Source of the DNA: Vicugna vicugna
Taxonomy: Eukaryota
DNA length: 64,000 bases
NCBI GenBank assembly: GCA_013265495.1
Contig: MU058584.1
Coordinates: 6,290,407 to 6,354,406 of the forward strand
Reading direction: 5' to 3'
The notes below the pieces were generated by a model. That model was not told the origin of the DNA, searched no databases, and saw only the letters and a program-made list of their open reading frames with translations. The translations under genes were made by a program, and so were the position numbers. This document shows positions 1-13,400 of this stretch, one piece after another (positions within the stretch are counted from its first letter, which is position 1; each line of letters opens with the position of its first letter).

Positions 1-599
1 TCCAGGAAAGTTCACCATACTTTCCGTGTCTTCCCGTGCACGGTAGCTCTGCTTCCCTTGGGTTTCATTTTCAAGAGTAATAATTCATCAATTTCAACAA
101 ATTCGATGGTTTTTCCTATCACCGGCCCTCAGGACATGTTCGAGGTGTTTTTCTTTTTGACTTCAAGGTAAATGTGACCCAGGTGTGAGCCTCCTGCTGA
201 GCAGAACGAGAAAGCAGTGCAGTTAGGAAAGCCCTGGGGAAGCACACCTTCACTTTTCCCTTACAAGCCGGTGAACCAAGGTGGGATCGAATCTGAGGTT
301 GGAGGGAACGGAGCCTGCATCTCCAGAAGTGGCCTCAGCATCCAAGCAGGATGTGTCAGGAGTAGCTGGGGGAAACTGGAGGATCAGAAAGACTGCTGTC
401 CTGAAAGGAGCCCCAGTCCACGGGGAATGTTTTACATCTGGCAAATGGGTGTAGGGGTTTGAGATAATGATGAGTCAGGATGAGAGAGCTGAGCTAGAAG
501 AATCTTCTAGGAGCAGGGAGGTCCTTAACCCCATGCCTACAGTTTTAAAACAAATCAACAAAAACTAGAATCCACGGAGAAATGATGACAGTATAACAC

Positions 600-1130
600 A
601 CAGCCAGAAAGCAAATGGAATAAGAGAAAAAATAAACTTTTTGGTTCCAGCTTTAGTCATCCTTTTCTTTTCTCGAAAATAACAAATATACATTTCTAGA
701 AAAACATACCTTAGGGAAATAATCAGAAATGCAGCAAAGATTTCTGTTAGAAGATGTTCATCATTGTGTTACTCATATTAGTAAAATAATGGAGGGAAAC
801 TTAACACTCAACACCGGGAGAATTTAAAATAATTTAGTGCATAGTTGTACAATGAAATAGTAGACATCCATTAAATAACAAGTTCACAAAGAATGTTTTC
901 TGACATAAAAATGTTCACAATAGTGTATCTGAGTGAAAAAGTAAGACATAAAACTGTGCATATAATATGACTTTAATTATGTAAAAGAAAAACAAGGACA
1001 CACACACAAAGATTAGAAATAAACACAAACATAAAGGAAACAACAATGCCCTATCTCTAAGTGATGAACGTGTGGGAGATTTTTATATTCCCCTTTGTTT
1101 AAATTTTTAGAAGACTTAAAAATACGATTA
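600..1130 (+). mobile_element. Ancient L1M(E/C) 3' fragment
   Basis: AAGATGTTCATCATTGTGTTA...ACAATGAAATAGTAGACATCCATTAAA...ATCTCTAAGTGATGAA. Confidence 0.6.
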
Positions 1131-4100
1131 ACATAGCTTTTCAATACTCTGAAGAAATATTATCTGAAGAAAGATGATGATTCTGGTCAATGTGCCGAGA
1201 AACCAGTTTTTCTACTAAAAGGTACTTGTGCACGCCGAACCTGGAGAAAAACAACTTCAAATTAACCTTCTGCAGCACCACTCCCGTGCCCACCTTGATT
1301 CCAGTGAACAGAAATTCACCAAGACCACGCCACTCAGCTGGCCTCAGGAACGCAGCTGTCTGAGCCATTTCCCTTCAGCCATGTGGGGAACATCACTCCC
1401 ATATATCCAGAGTTGTAAGTGGTCCAAGTCCTGTCATTTTCTGTGGGCAAAGGGAGGGAAGGAGCTACGTGATGGCATGCATAGAATCGTGGATCATCCC
1501 TGGTGCCATTGCATTTCACCAGCTTTCTAAAGGCACAAACCCTTCAGCGCACGGCTCAGCTTTTCCTCTCAAGAACATGGCCAAAATTTGATATGCCTGG
1601 AAGATGTCTATTTAGCCTCCCTTCCTCAGCTTTCTCCCTAGTCATTCAAATATGGAAACTGACTTGCATGACAACTGTTTTATTCTCCAGATTGAATTAA
1701 CTCCAGTTGCTGTCTATTTCACTTTGCAAAGTTCTCCTTTTGGGAAGTGAGCATTTTCATACAATGCAGGTAGGACTATAAATTAGTGCAATATTTTTGG
1801 GGGGGAATCTCTTAATCATAAACAAATGCATATGCACATGTGTACGTGTAATTCCACCTACATATATTAAGACTTGAAAATATGCATACCCTCTAACCCC
1901 AAAATGCCACTTCTACTAATTTACTCTAACCAACTAACCAGTAATGATGTTAGACACTGAAAATCATATTACTTGTATAATCAGACAAAAAAAAAGCTAT
2001 TTTAAAATTTCTTCCCATTTTAATACTGTAGTTCTCGCGGAAAATTTGGTTAAATAACAACAATGAGCATCATGTGTCATTGGCAAATTTTGGATAAAGT
2101 GCCAAAGCCCTGAGAAAGGTAAGGAAACCCACCTTTGTTGAGAATTTTCTATGTGCCAGACCTTTTCCCAAGCTTATCTTATTTAATTCTCAACCTGAGA
2201 CAGACAATGGACAGCCTCCCTTTAATGCCCCTTTGCACTGGAATATAGCTCTCCCAGAACATGTTCTCACAAAGTTCTCATGCAAAGTGATGATTACCAC
2301 CTTGTATTCTTCAAAATGATGATCAACTGATTGCCGAGGCTGGGACTGGAAACCATCCTGTGATGGTGGGTTGTGGGGGGTCCCGGCAGACATCTCAACA
2401 GCACCACAGTGAGGAAGCACAAAGATCTCTGGGAAGGAACCCGTTCATGGTACCAAGAATCCATGTCTACGATATCTATGATTTTCATGCAACCTGGCCT
2501 CAGCATGTTGCAAACAGATACTTCCACAAAGAAACAGAGGCTCTCTCAGGGGACTGGCATCCATTCTTTCTCCTTTTGGATCTAATCATTGTACCAAATT
2601 ACTTGAGAAAATGCACAAAATTATGAAACAAATATAACTTTCCCTCTAATGGGTTAAATTACCAGAAGGTTTATGAAAATGGAAGAAATGAGCATGAATT
2701 CCACTTTCTCTAAGGTCAGGAGATTTCATCTCTTTGAACTGACTTGATAGCTCGGTTTTGGCTTTTAAAGCCTTTTGCTTTTTTTCTAAGCTATTATTTA
2801 TAAGGAAAGGAAGACTTGATTTTTATAAATTCCTTCCCCATTAATTAAATATACCCTGATTATTCCCAGGAGTTGAAGTAAAAAAAAAAAAATAAGGTTT
2901 CAGAAATATGTTTCTTCTCATGACCACAGAAGTGGAGTTTAACATTTAGGGGACAAGTACTTATTTTCCCTGGAGTGTTATTTATTAGGAAAGTGTTGTT
3001 AGTCACTTGATGGAGAATGCTTCCAAGACAGCATGGCTGGACAATGTCTCAACTCCAGTTGGATGTGAGTAGAAAAGCCTTTACAATTACAGGGCAGAAA
3101 AAATAATGCAACCTTCATTTAGGCAAAGCTATTTGGCCTGGACAACTTCTGGAACTGAGTGACCCAGGGAAGGCCTGGAGCTTCGCTTAAGTGAACATGA
3201 AAACTGTCATTATAATTGTCACCTAAGTTTGGTGTCTAACAGCTGCAAGAAAAGAACACAGTTGCGGACCACAACAGGACAAGATAGATTCCGCATTTAG
3301 ATTGCTCTTCACCCAGCACTTTTATCATTACCGAGAAGAGGGTTGTAAATCACTGCCTGATTGTTCTTCATATGTTCCCCAGATTGTGGTTCATTTTCCT
3401 GAGCCCCAACTTATTGTACTTTGCTGGACTGTGAGACCAAAACGTGATATTGAAACCAGGCTCTCATCTCCTTCTGAGCTTCACTATCATTGCTCAGCCT
3501 CTGTGGTTGTGCTGGTTGCCAAACCTATGGGTGAGTCCTTCCACCCCCGCCCCCCATCAAAACCTCCCTGGATCTCTCAGCAAGATGATACCCTTAGTTA
3601 TCTCTGAATGGCTCATATACAATCTAGGGAAACCCTCAAGCAGTCCACTCACCTTGCTTAGTTCTGGTTACTTCAGAATCCACACAATGTAACACATGCT
3701 GTGTTTCTGGGACAGAAAGAGCCTGAAGCTGTGTGGGACCAGGAATACATGTTGCCCTGGCAAGTGAAGGGTGCTTTTCACCTCTCAGAGCAAGCGCTGT
3801 GAATATGGCTGAGTACATACACGGACCGTTAGCTTTTTTCCCTCCTAGGTTGAAAACAATCACTAATCCTGAACCTCCCTCCAAGTCGAACTCGGACGAC
3901 AGGCAGTTGGAACACTTCTAAGAACAAAAGCACTTCTAGGCCTGGAGAAAGGAATGGTGGAGAAAAGATGTAGTATTTTTTAAAGTGTCTTGAGTTGTAA
4001 GTGTAAAGGAAACCAGAATCAAAGCAATCCTTTCAGAATACTGGTAACAATTATTATCGGCTATAATTTAAATACTTGATTGCACCAAAATATTCAAAGA

Positions 4101-5139
4101 AGGCTGTGGTTTGGTTGTGTCTCCAGAAATTACAGAATCTAAAATTGGAAAGTTGCAAATGGACCTGATTTTGCAAAGGGAAGCAAAAGTATTTGAAATT
4201 TAAATAGCAGTCATGGAAATTACTTTGCAAAAATAATTTATGAGGGGAAACAGAAAGGAATCTGATGGAAGAAGAATAAGGTATCTCACATGTGTTTTTT
4301 ACAAAACAACATAAAAGGGAGCTTTAAGGATGACTTCCAGGCAACAGTAACAAGAATCAGCAATATAATGCAGGAATTGCATAATAGGTAAAAGCAGGAA
4401 AAGTAAGTAAACAATTATACACTGGACTAGATTTCATCATAGGGGTGAGGAGCCAAGTGACAGTGTTTGCAGCAAGGCTGCCATGTTATTGAAATTCCGT
4501 GTCACCTCCAAAAAACCATATCCATTTGGCAAAAGACTCCAGCCAGGTCTTGATTCTTCCATGGCCTTTATGTCTGGCAAGAAGTTCTGAAAGGCATGTC
4601 TTGCCAAACCTTACACCCTTTACATCCTGAACTTTTTGGGAATTCCAGCCCTCCTTGGGGGAATGCGATGTTTATTTTCATTCTTTCCTGCCAGATCCAG
4701 AGAGGTTTAGCACTGCCAAGTGCTGGTGCCAACTCTACAATCTTGATTGTGCATGTGAAGATCAAATACAGGTCATTAAGTCTGAGGTTGTTAATGATCA
4801 CTGACACATCAACAAATCAACAAAAATACTGATCAAGCACCGTGATCTTACACCACGTGTAAGGCAGTGTATCAGAGGTATATAAATGGATATAAGATAT
4901 AGTTGCCATCAAGGGGTCTGTCACTGAGTTGTAAAGCAGACATTAGACATTAGCCCTGAGTAGGTATTGTTAGTTTTTTGTGGAAATAGACATGAATGGC
5001 ATGATTGATAAGAACCATCAAGGTCACGTAAAGAAGGGAGAGATCACCAGGGACCAGGGAGGTCACCATGCCCTCAGGAAATAAGGGGACCTGAGGAAGG
5101 AAGGGAGCAAACAAACACACAGGCATTGATAACCTGATA

Positions 5140-5330
5140 TGGGTCCTTACATTTATTCTTTCATTTAATCCTCTCATCAAGTATCTGAGATAGATTTTAT
5201 TCTCATTTTTATAGATGAGAGCATGGAAGCCTCAAGATGCTTAGAAATTTGCCAAGGTCACAAAACTGGTACACAGAAGAGACAGAATTTGAACCCAGGT
5301 CTGACTGAGTTCACCACCTTATACTCCTAA
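5140..5330 (-). mobile_element. MIR SINE
   Basis: ATTTTTATAGATGAG...TTGCCAAGGTCACA...GAATTTGAACCCAGGTCTGACT core. Confidence 0.8.
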
Positions 5331-5542
5331 CTTCATCATGAAGGTCAGAGAATCTGACAGGCTAAGAAGAGACCACAGAGCAACTTCCACACAGCGTGGC
5401 AGGTACTTTCTGGATATGCACCTGAATCCATAGTTGAAATTGGTTCAGAGGTTAACAGTTCCCTTAGTGAAGTGGTGGGGAGAGAAATGTGATCACTTAA
5501 CACATAGACACAAATGCGACAGGTGGGTTTTTAGCTAAACAT

Positions 5543-6034
5543 TGTCTGGTTTTGTGTTCCCCTAGAAGCATACCCAGAGATAAGGATTCAAGTGCAAATA
5601 GTATGAAAAGGCAAGTAGGAAATAGGGAAAAGTAGGGGAATAAAACGGGAAAGAGCACGCTGCAAATAAAGGGCGACATATTAAGCAGGCTACCACCATG
5701 GATGGCTGGAATGTGCTTTTGCAGGGGAGCTCTAGAAAAGAGTGGACAAGCCCAAGCTTCAGAAGTATCCATCCAAGGAGTCACAGAGCTGGAGGACTTA
5801 TACAGTAGCTCCAGCCAGTCATTGGTTAAGAGCTGTGGCAGAGGGATGCTGGAGGTGGGGTAGTTAGTTAATTCCCTGGTACTTCTTGTCAACCCTGTGC
5901 ACCTGCAGAGCCCCATCTGAGGCTTGGGGAAAGCCCCAGGAGAAGGTCATGTAGACACAGCTGAAGCTGGCATTTTTGAGTGACATAGGTACGGCCCAAG
6001 GGATATGGGCAGGGCACCGGCAGCACCTGCTATA
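5543..6034 (-). mobile_element. ERVL LTR16-like solo LTR
   Basis: The reverse complement begins TATAGCAGGTGCTGCCGGTGCCCTGCCCATATCCC and ends ACTATTTGCACTTGAATCCTTATCTC...GACA, as recalled for LTR16 families. Confidence 0.75.
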
Positions 6035-6109
6035 AAGATCCGTACCTTTGATGCAGGTTTTGTAATATTCTCCATCACTCCACCCCTTTTGATGTGTGTG
6101 AGTATGCAG

Positions 6110-6290
6110 AGCAAACCTCAGAGCGCAGGAGAAGCACTTGGGGGGTTAACAAAGCAGGTGCTGGTACCTCCCCCGCTGAGAGTCACCCATAGCTCAGAAA
6201 TGGAGTCTAGGAATTTGTGTCATGAATAAGGATCCCAGGGGATTCTGATCCACCTTTACAGTCCATGGATTACAGAGTGAGGGACAATGT
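6110..6290. mobile_element. MER5-like fragment
   Basis: GGAGTCTAGGAATTTGTG...CCCAGGGGATTCTGAT resembles the MER5 core. Confidence 0.5.
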
Positions 6291-6419
6291 CTGGAATCTC
6301 CATGGGGAACAGATGAACAGGGGAAGGCCATGTGATAAAGTGAAAAAGAGGATGGTATTTGGATCAAGATATCCTTGACAGAAACAATTGGATTGAGATA
6401 TCTTTGATATAAATGGATA

Positions 6420-6605
6420 TAAATGCTGGCTCCATTACTTAGTGACCTAAGAAAAATTACATAATCTCTTTGTTTCTTTTTTTTTTAACCTATAAAATGG
6501 AGAGAAAAGAGCTCCCTTAGACTGTTTTCTGTGGGTGTTGGTGAAATAAGATAACTTATAGAAGAGTCCAGAGCAGTATGTGGCACCTGGTAAATGCTCA
6601 GTGTG
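6420..6605 (+). mobile_element. MIR SINE
   Basis: GGCTCCATTACTTAGTGACCT...CTATAAAATGG...GTTGGTGAAATAAGATAA...TAAATGCTCA. Confidence 0.65.
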
Positions 6606-7388
6606 AATTCTTTCTTTCTTTCTTTTTTCCTCAGAAGATTTGAAATCTCTTGACAAAGTGATGCCAATGGCATTTGATAGTTAACGCTGTTGGACAAATT
6701 ACACCTGATTAGAAGAAAACTCAATGAAAAAAACTAATGCAAGTTTCAGCTCTAAAACTGCCCCATGCTCCCTCAGGGCACCTACAAATTGGGTTATTTT
6801 TTTACCCTCCACTTATAACTGCACTACATACCGATTACCCTGGGGCTATAAATAGAAGTGTCCGCATGCCAAGGGACAGATCAGGTTGATCTGGCTCCAG
6901 ATCTGGCCCGAGGACCTGGACTGCAGACTCTCACTCTTAGACACTCACTTTCTAACTGAGAATCTGTTTGTTTTAATGGCTCTTTGTGTTTCTAGGGAAG
7001 ACATTTTCAAACATATACTGAGAAAAAAAGGGAAGGTGCCAAGAAAAAGACTAGAGATAAAATGGACTATGATTTTGAATAGATTGTTACTTATTTATTG
7101 TTATCTCATCATTCCCAAACGGACTGGCAATCAGAGTGAATTTGGAATTATAATGGTGTTACCATAATATAGACCACAAGAGATGAATATTAGAGCAAAA
7201 AGCAATAGGCTTTATACTTAGTAGATCCCCAAGTGCTCACTGAATTTAATGACATCATTCAGGACAGATAGTCACCTTTATGCTTCTCCAAAATCTCTTG
7301 ATGGGTCACTCCCTCTGCCTCATCTTTCTCTTAGTCACCTAGTTTGGCTTGTTTTAACCAAATCTCTCTTGCCTTAAATTTAAAGTAA

Positions 7389-7503
7389 GTGATTTCTCTT
7401 TCTGGTTTGTAAATAGATTCATTTGTGTCATTTTTAAAATCACTATGTTGTACATGAGAAACCACACAACATTGTAAATCAACTATACTTCAATTAAAAA
7501 AAA
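7389..7503. mobile_element. Mini L1 3' end with a 5' inversion (antisense piece joined to a sense piece)
   Basis: ~7395-7436 matches minus-oriented L1 3' UTR (compare 44753-44795). 7437-7503 is the sense L1 terminus with an A tail. Confidence 0.75.
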
Positions 7504-7889
7504 TTTGTGACCTCTGCTTGGTCCTTAGGAATATAGAGGAAAATATATCAAAGAACAAAGCTTCATTAGATGCTCCCAAGACAGGCTGACTTAATCTATT
7601 AACAAATCATGTATAGGATAACAGTGAAGACTTTAAAAGAAAAATCTCTTTCTGTAGATGTTGATCTCATTTAGACCTGATGTGGATCACAAAAGTCGTT
7701 TGCCATATAGTAGAACGCTGCCTACAAGCACGGTGCAAGAGCACCTGTTTCTTTAAGCTTAGGTATATGAGCTGTGAAGTCCACCACATCGGAACATCAC
7801 CAGAGGAGTAAACACTGCTGGGCGTGATACCTACAGCACAAGCCATGTGGGAAGTCATTCTTTTAGCTGACCCCACTAAAGTGCACCTG

Positions 7890-8499
7890 CCAGAGCAGCC
7901 ACTCTCCCCATATACACACACATACAAGCCTCCATGTCCCTGTCCTTTCAGGTAAAAGGCTTTTGCTTTAGCCTCCCAGGCCTCTCCTGAGTCTCAAAAG
8001 GCTGGCTCAAGAGTTAATAATTAGAAGATGTGAAGATGTAGAAACAAAGAATAGTTGTTGGGCCTGGAGACTGGTAACAATTTAGACTATAAACCAGCCA
8101 CACAGGAGAATCACCCAACTCCCAGCTCCCTGAAAGATATCGATTAAGGTCTGATACATGTTCCTAAGTCGCTTCTACAGAAACAGGCCCCCACCAGATA
8201 AAAACTGCTGACCACATGCATGTAGACCCCAGAGCCATGGAAACCAGAACACTGGTGACCCCCGAAATTTCATCTTGATGCCAACCAATCGAGAATTGCA
8301 CATGAGCTGCTCATGTACCCTGCAGCCACGCCCTCACATTGCCTTTAACAGCCATTTGCCTGCGCCAAGATGTTAAGACGTTTTTAAGGACGCTAGTCCA
8401 CCATCTTCTCAAACAAAGCCACTTTCCTTGCCTTTATACCTTGTCACTCAATTTGTTGGCCTGTCGTGCAATGAGTAACTGACCCTGAGTTTGGTAACA
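7890..8499 (+). mobile_element. ERV1-like solo LTR
   Basis: CCAATC box, LTR-like R/U5 region (CTAGTCCACCATCTTCTC...TTGGCCTGTCGTGC) and terminal TTTGGTAACA. The 5' boundary and TSD are unresolved. Confidence 0.7.
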
Positions 8500-8733
8500 C
8501 TTGCATAGGAAAACCCATACAGTCTGATGGTAAGGATAGGCTTGAAGGCTGAGGTATCTGATTCTGGTCCAGATTCTGCCTGACTCTTCTTGCTTAGGGA
8601 CCTAGATCAAGCCACATCTCTACATTCTCACTTTTCTCTAATGTAAAATTATGGAGTTGATGAAGTTATCTCCTTCATCCCTGCAGGTGACTTTTTCTAA
8701 GGAAAACAACATCAGAATAACCAACAATACATA

Positions 8734-9385
8734 CATCTGATTCTCATTCCTTGTAGCTATTTTGAGCTCTGAGGAGCTGGGAACGCTGAGTTAGCAAACA
8801 CTGAACCATGCTCTTAGGGGAAGTATGGAGTTAGGTTCCTACAAGCCTCTGATCGCAACAATTTCATCCAATGATCAGTATACAACCTTGTTTTATGTGT
8901 GTTTCTATTCAAAAACCCCTTATTTCACATCTCCTGTTGATTTATTAACATTGAACTCACATCCAGCCACACTATAAACTCATGCCTGAATGAAACTTAT
9001 CTCACATGTGTATTTTCTCCATAAGGTACGTTACAGCCTTCTTGTGCTTGGAAATACTAGACAGCATTTCAGCACTATGCTTGGGGACCATTTGAAACAG
9101 ATGAAATCACCAACAAAAAGTACAAAATGCTAAAAGCATGACATTAAATGGACCGTGGAAAGGACACATTAACAATTTGAGAGTTGAAACAAGAAGGCAG
9201 AGCATCGCCTCGTCCAACCTCAGCTGGGAATGCGTGTGTAGGGCTATTCAAATTTTTTTGGCACTCAGAACACAGCCGCGAATGACTGTGAAAGCACCGC
9301 AAATATTTATTTGGAAGTTACAAATAAATTTTAGAGAGTAGGCAAATTTGTAAATATGAAATCCGTGGATAATGAGAATCAACTG
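8734..9385. mobile_element. MER82 (non-autonomous TcMar-Tigger element), apparently full length
   Basis: TIRs CATCTGATTCTCATT / AATGAGAATCAACTG, each flanked by TA; ~650 bp; interior resembles recalled MER82 (GAGTTAGGTTCCT, TCATGCCTGAATGAAACTTAT). Confidence 0.85.
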
Positions 9386-10209
9386 TACAGATGTAAAATC
9401 AAAATAAATTATTGTGTTGCTTTATAGCCTCTTGCTTCTAAAAAACAGCAGACTTTCTTCAAACCCTTGATGCCAAGCAGTATAGTAATCCCCTGAACTC
9501 CCCTATATGCTGGTTAAAATGACAACTCCATCCCACAGATGGTGAAATGTTGAGACGAAGCAGCTTCCTGAATGTCCCCAAGCAATGGATAACTCAGGAG
9601 TGAGAACTGAAGCCTGTAGTTGGCCCACTGGGCTGTCCTGTTCTGCTCAATCACTCACAGAAAAGGTGCCCCCCCTACAGGACCTGTTAGCTAAGTCCTG
9701 TAGTTAGGGTCTGCAGTGGAAGTATGCAAATTGTTCTGAGACACACCTTCTGCACTTGTAGCGTCATTGTAACTGTCACCTTTTAGTTGTGTCCTGTAAG
9801 AGGGTTACTTGAGGATTAACTGGCTGCTCATCTAACACACTGTTTTGTTTCAGAGATGGAATCACTGACCTTTAACCCCCTCCCCCTGTATATAGGGGCA
9901 ACTTTCCTCTCCATCGCCTCACACTTACGACGTTCCGGTCTCGTCTGCTACACATGCATGTACCTAAGCACCATACTGGGCTATTCACTATTCCTTTTCT
10001 GAAGGGCAAGAAACACTTTCTAATCATTTAAGCAATCTCCATCTCTACCCCAAGATGCCTGTAGCAGTGCCTGGGGCATAGAGTGTACTGTAAACATGTT
10101 TATGAAATTGAATTCTCTTCCACAGTGAAAATTTCCCCAACGTTTCCAGTTGGGGAAATGTAGTTGGAGGGGAACAACATCGTGGGGCACTTCAGGACCT
10201 GCTAAGCCC

Positions 10210-10360
10210 TCACTATTACATATCTCCTGTAATCTTCAACAACTCTGCAAATCATTATTATCCCCATGTTATAAATGGGGAAACAGGTTCGAAAGAATTT
10301 ACATAACTTGTGTAAAGTCACAAAGCTTGTAAATGCAGAGCTCTGATGGATATTTAGAGC
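10210..10360 (-). mobile_element. MIR SINE
   Basis: TTATTATCCCCATGTTATAAATGGGGAAACAGG...AACTTG..TAAAGTCACA. Confidence 0.7.
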
Positions 10361-11759
10361 CTGTTTTTTTCCCCCAGGACCTAAGGGTTTATTTGTAGGA
10401 GCAATGCCTTATGTTTCACCAGCTGCAGTTTCAAATTAATCAGTAATTTCAGTGAAAAAATTATATTCCACGGCTTATTGCCTAGGCCTTCACAGGTAGA
10501 TAAAAAGAACTGTGGAGGATAGTAAGGACTGGGGAGTTTTCAGGTTAAAAAGAACTGCCATTTACCAATTGCTCTGAGATTTACATAAAAGTTCTCTGTC
10601 AAGAAACAAGAATGTGGTCATTCACTGGGAGAATCACTCCATGAGATTTATCTTTCAAGAACATGATGATGAATGAAAGTGATTCCGTCACAAATTAATG
10701 CAAACAACAGTATCAGGAAACTCTAAACACAGTACAAAAAAGGCTTTTATTTTATATCCACTCATCTTCCCAGTAGTTACACACAGCACTTCCATATTAT
10801 CTCACAAGAAGACAAGTACCTGGCATTCTCTTCTTTCCATTATTACCTGTTGGGCATTGTTGGTCTATCTGGAATCAAGCAGGTAATACAACCCTCATTA
10901 TATAGATCTTCAGAAAGCTTAATATTTCCAAAAGATTCTTGTGTATCAATTATGTGGCAAGCTTTGTGAATAGCAGTCAAAGCTAGATTCAGTGACCTCC
11001 TCCTAAGATTCCTTTCAAGCAATAGTCTATTCTTTTCTGCAGCTACTCTAAGGATGATCAGATTCTCTCAATATATATAAACCCATTAAAAGTCTTTGGA
11101 AGAATATATAAACTCATGGAAGTAGTTTTCCCCCCCTTCTTTTTACATCTGCTGAAACAATTCCAACATTCTTAGGGCTGTGATTCTTCCCCCTTTAAGA
11201 TCTACTCATAACAGTACATGGATCCAAAATCGTGAACCCCTTAGAAGGGAGCCTTGGACTTCATCTTGTCCAACTGCAGCCGTCTCTGTAACATCCATGC
11301 TCAGACTGAATACTTCCAGTGATGACAGTTTCTCTGCCGCTGGTGCCATTTTGAGAAACTCTTCCTGGTATTCATTTAAAATCCATTTTCCAGTCGCCTC
11401 TACCTATAAGTCATTACTCTTCTTGAACCAGAAAGAATAAGTCCAGATAGTTTTGAAATGACTCTGCGTTGTAATCATGAGCCCAGAATAACACTAGTTT
11501 ATGAGTATTGCCCTGGTTTCCCATCTGGTTTAGTATCTGATCCAGACTTTTCATTGTACAATAAAATTTGACTATTATATTTGCTTGAGAACAAGGTTTA
11601 AACCATGGGCAGGACTCTCCTTTGTTCTTCCAGCTTCTACCATGGTCTCATCGAGCAGTGGGTGAGACATACTTGTAGGGCACAGGGTTCTTATTCTCAT
11701 ATATGGCTAAATCTGAGAGATGACCTTAATACTTCTCTTTCGAAACCAGCTTGCTGATA

Positions 11760-13400
11760 AAAGGAAGTGTGCTCAGTGATGAATTGTGAGGTACAGCTGA
11801 CTCCTTCCAGCCTCAGATCATTCTGGAGGTATTCACACGCTACTGTTGTTGGCCACCTAGGGTGACAATCAGTTGTACTGTGACCAGCTGTGAGGGCTGC
11901 AAAATAGATGAAGCCACCTGGTCACAGTCAGCAAGGTGACTGTGAATAAGAAAATGTGGTCAGTTATAGTTTAGGTACATGTGAAATCAGTTGAGGAAAT
12001 AAAGGCAGAGCAGTCCTGCTTGTGAAGCAGGAAGGGAGCAGTTTAAACAGTTTGGGTCCTGTTGTTTTGTATTTATTGTACAGTGTAAAACTGACAGCCA
12101 TTTATTTTATTGTTTGACAATGCTTTTTTATTTTGCAATAAACACTTTGAGCAGCAGTAAGTTTAAAAAAGGAAGTATGTGTTTATTGAAAAATGAGAGG
12201 TGAATTTTGATTACTCAAGAGCGTTCATGATGAGCATGTAATGTGTACAAAATGTTTTCTGACATTTGCCATCTATCTTGGGGTCACAGTGGTATAATCG
12301 ACCCCCAGAAAACCAGAAGACACAATCTGCTGGAGAAACTTTAGTAATTATTTCAAAAGTTAGTAACTAGTTTATACCAACTGTGCCCTATTTACAGCCA
12401 AGGAAAGTACCCTTCATATCATTCTATGAGATAAGACTTCTCATTTAGGTCAAATGGCTATTCTAAATCACTTTCATGTATTATTTATTCCAGGATTTTT
12501 TGTGCATATGAATTCAAAATAAACCAATGGCTGTTAGCATGTGACTTCGTGAGTAAAAGAAATTCACAGTTAAATCATGAAAGTTTTATGTCCGTTATCA
12601 AATACTCCACACAAAAGAATTAGCTCACCTCATTATGCTTCTTTCTTCATCAATGTCACATAATCAAAGCCAATTTTTCAGGAATTCATTCTCTTGAGAG
12701 AGAAAGATCTGATATTACTGTGAATGTAAATTCAGTTGAAACATTTGACACTGAAGATAAAATTATGTTTTTCCAATGATAATACAGCACAAATTTGGTG
12801 AAACACAATGTTCTAATAAGAAGCTGTGAAGCAGAGATGCCCTTGAAATTGGATATGCTGCACACATTTCATAATTATGTTGAAATAAGTTGTGATACTC
12901 TACCGATACAGAATCATAGCTTTCAAACTATACAACTGTGTTTAAATACACAGAGTAACTAAATTCCGAAATTTGGGGACAAAGCTGATTTAAAATTTTA
13001 AGGAAGTGTGTTGGCATGGCAGTATGTGTTTTCTCTTTGCTATTTGAAATCAGCTTTCAAAAATGTTTGAGCTTTTAAAGAACTATTTAGTAAAGTAACC
13101 CAAGTGACTTGCAATGAAAATAAACATTTTTATAAAGGATTTCTGTAAACTGGGATTGATTTTTTTTTTCAAAATAAGTTGGAAATATTTAATGCAAGTG
13201 TTTGAAGAATGGACCAGAGAAATACTTTAGCATTTGAAGTTTTGTATACATTGTATACACTGAAATATACTGAGTATTCATATTGAATAGATTGAAAACA
13301 AATTTGCAAAAGAAAGGCACTGAAATCCATCCTTCCAAAAAGCAAGGAAGAAACTGATCAAGTTAAATGGTGAGAGTTCAGTGTACACAATAACTTTTAG
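11760..13400 (+). mobile_element. Fossil of an autonomous hAT transposon (Blackjack-like); degenerate transposase
   Basis: Broken frames give KRKYVF...HVMCTKCFLTF..GHSGIIDPQKTRRH (BED-like Zn finger; CTKC at 12244-12255), DFSFRSN, NDNT (12775-12786) and IGYAAHI/HN (CxxH position, ~12848-12875). Stops and frameshifts throughout. Confidence 0.75.

Noticed and set aside
1141..2430. Possible two-exon minus-strand CDS (…LKNTR|FGVHKYLLVEKL…)
   Set aside because: The acceptor TTTTTCTCCAG looks good, but the donor is weak and the peptide resembles nothing I recognise.
5497..5916. 139-aa minus-strand ORF
   Set aside because: It lies inside an LTR16-like LTR and is a chance frame.
11180..11565. 86-aa + strand ORF with downstream AATAAA, and an overlapping minus-strand frame (MAPAAEKLSSLEVF...)
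   Set aside because: No recognisable homology, no convincing splice pair and no poly(A)/TSD of a retrocopy; the lengths are within chance expectation.
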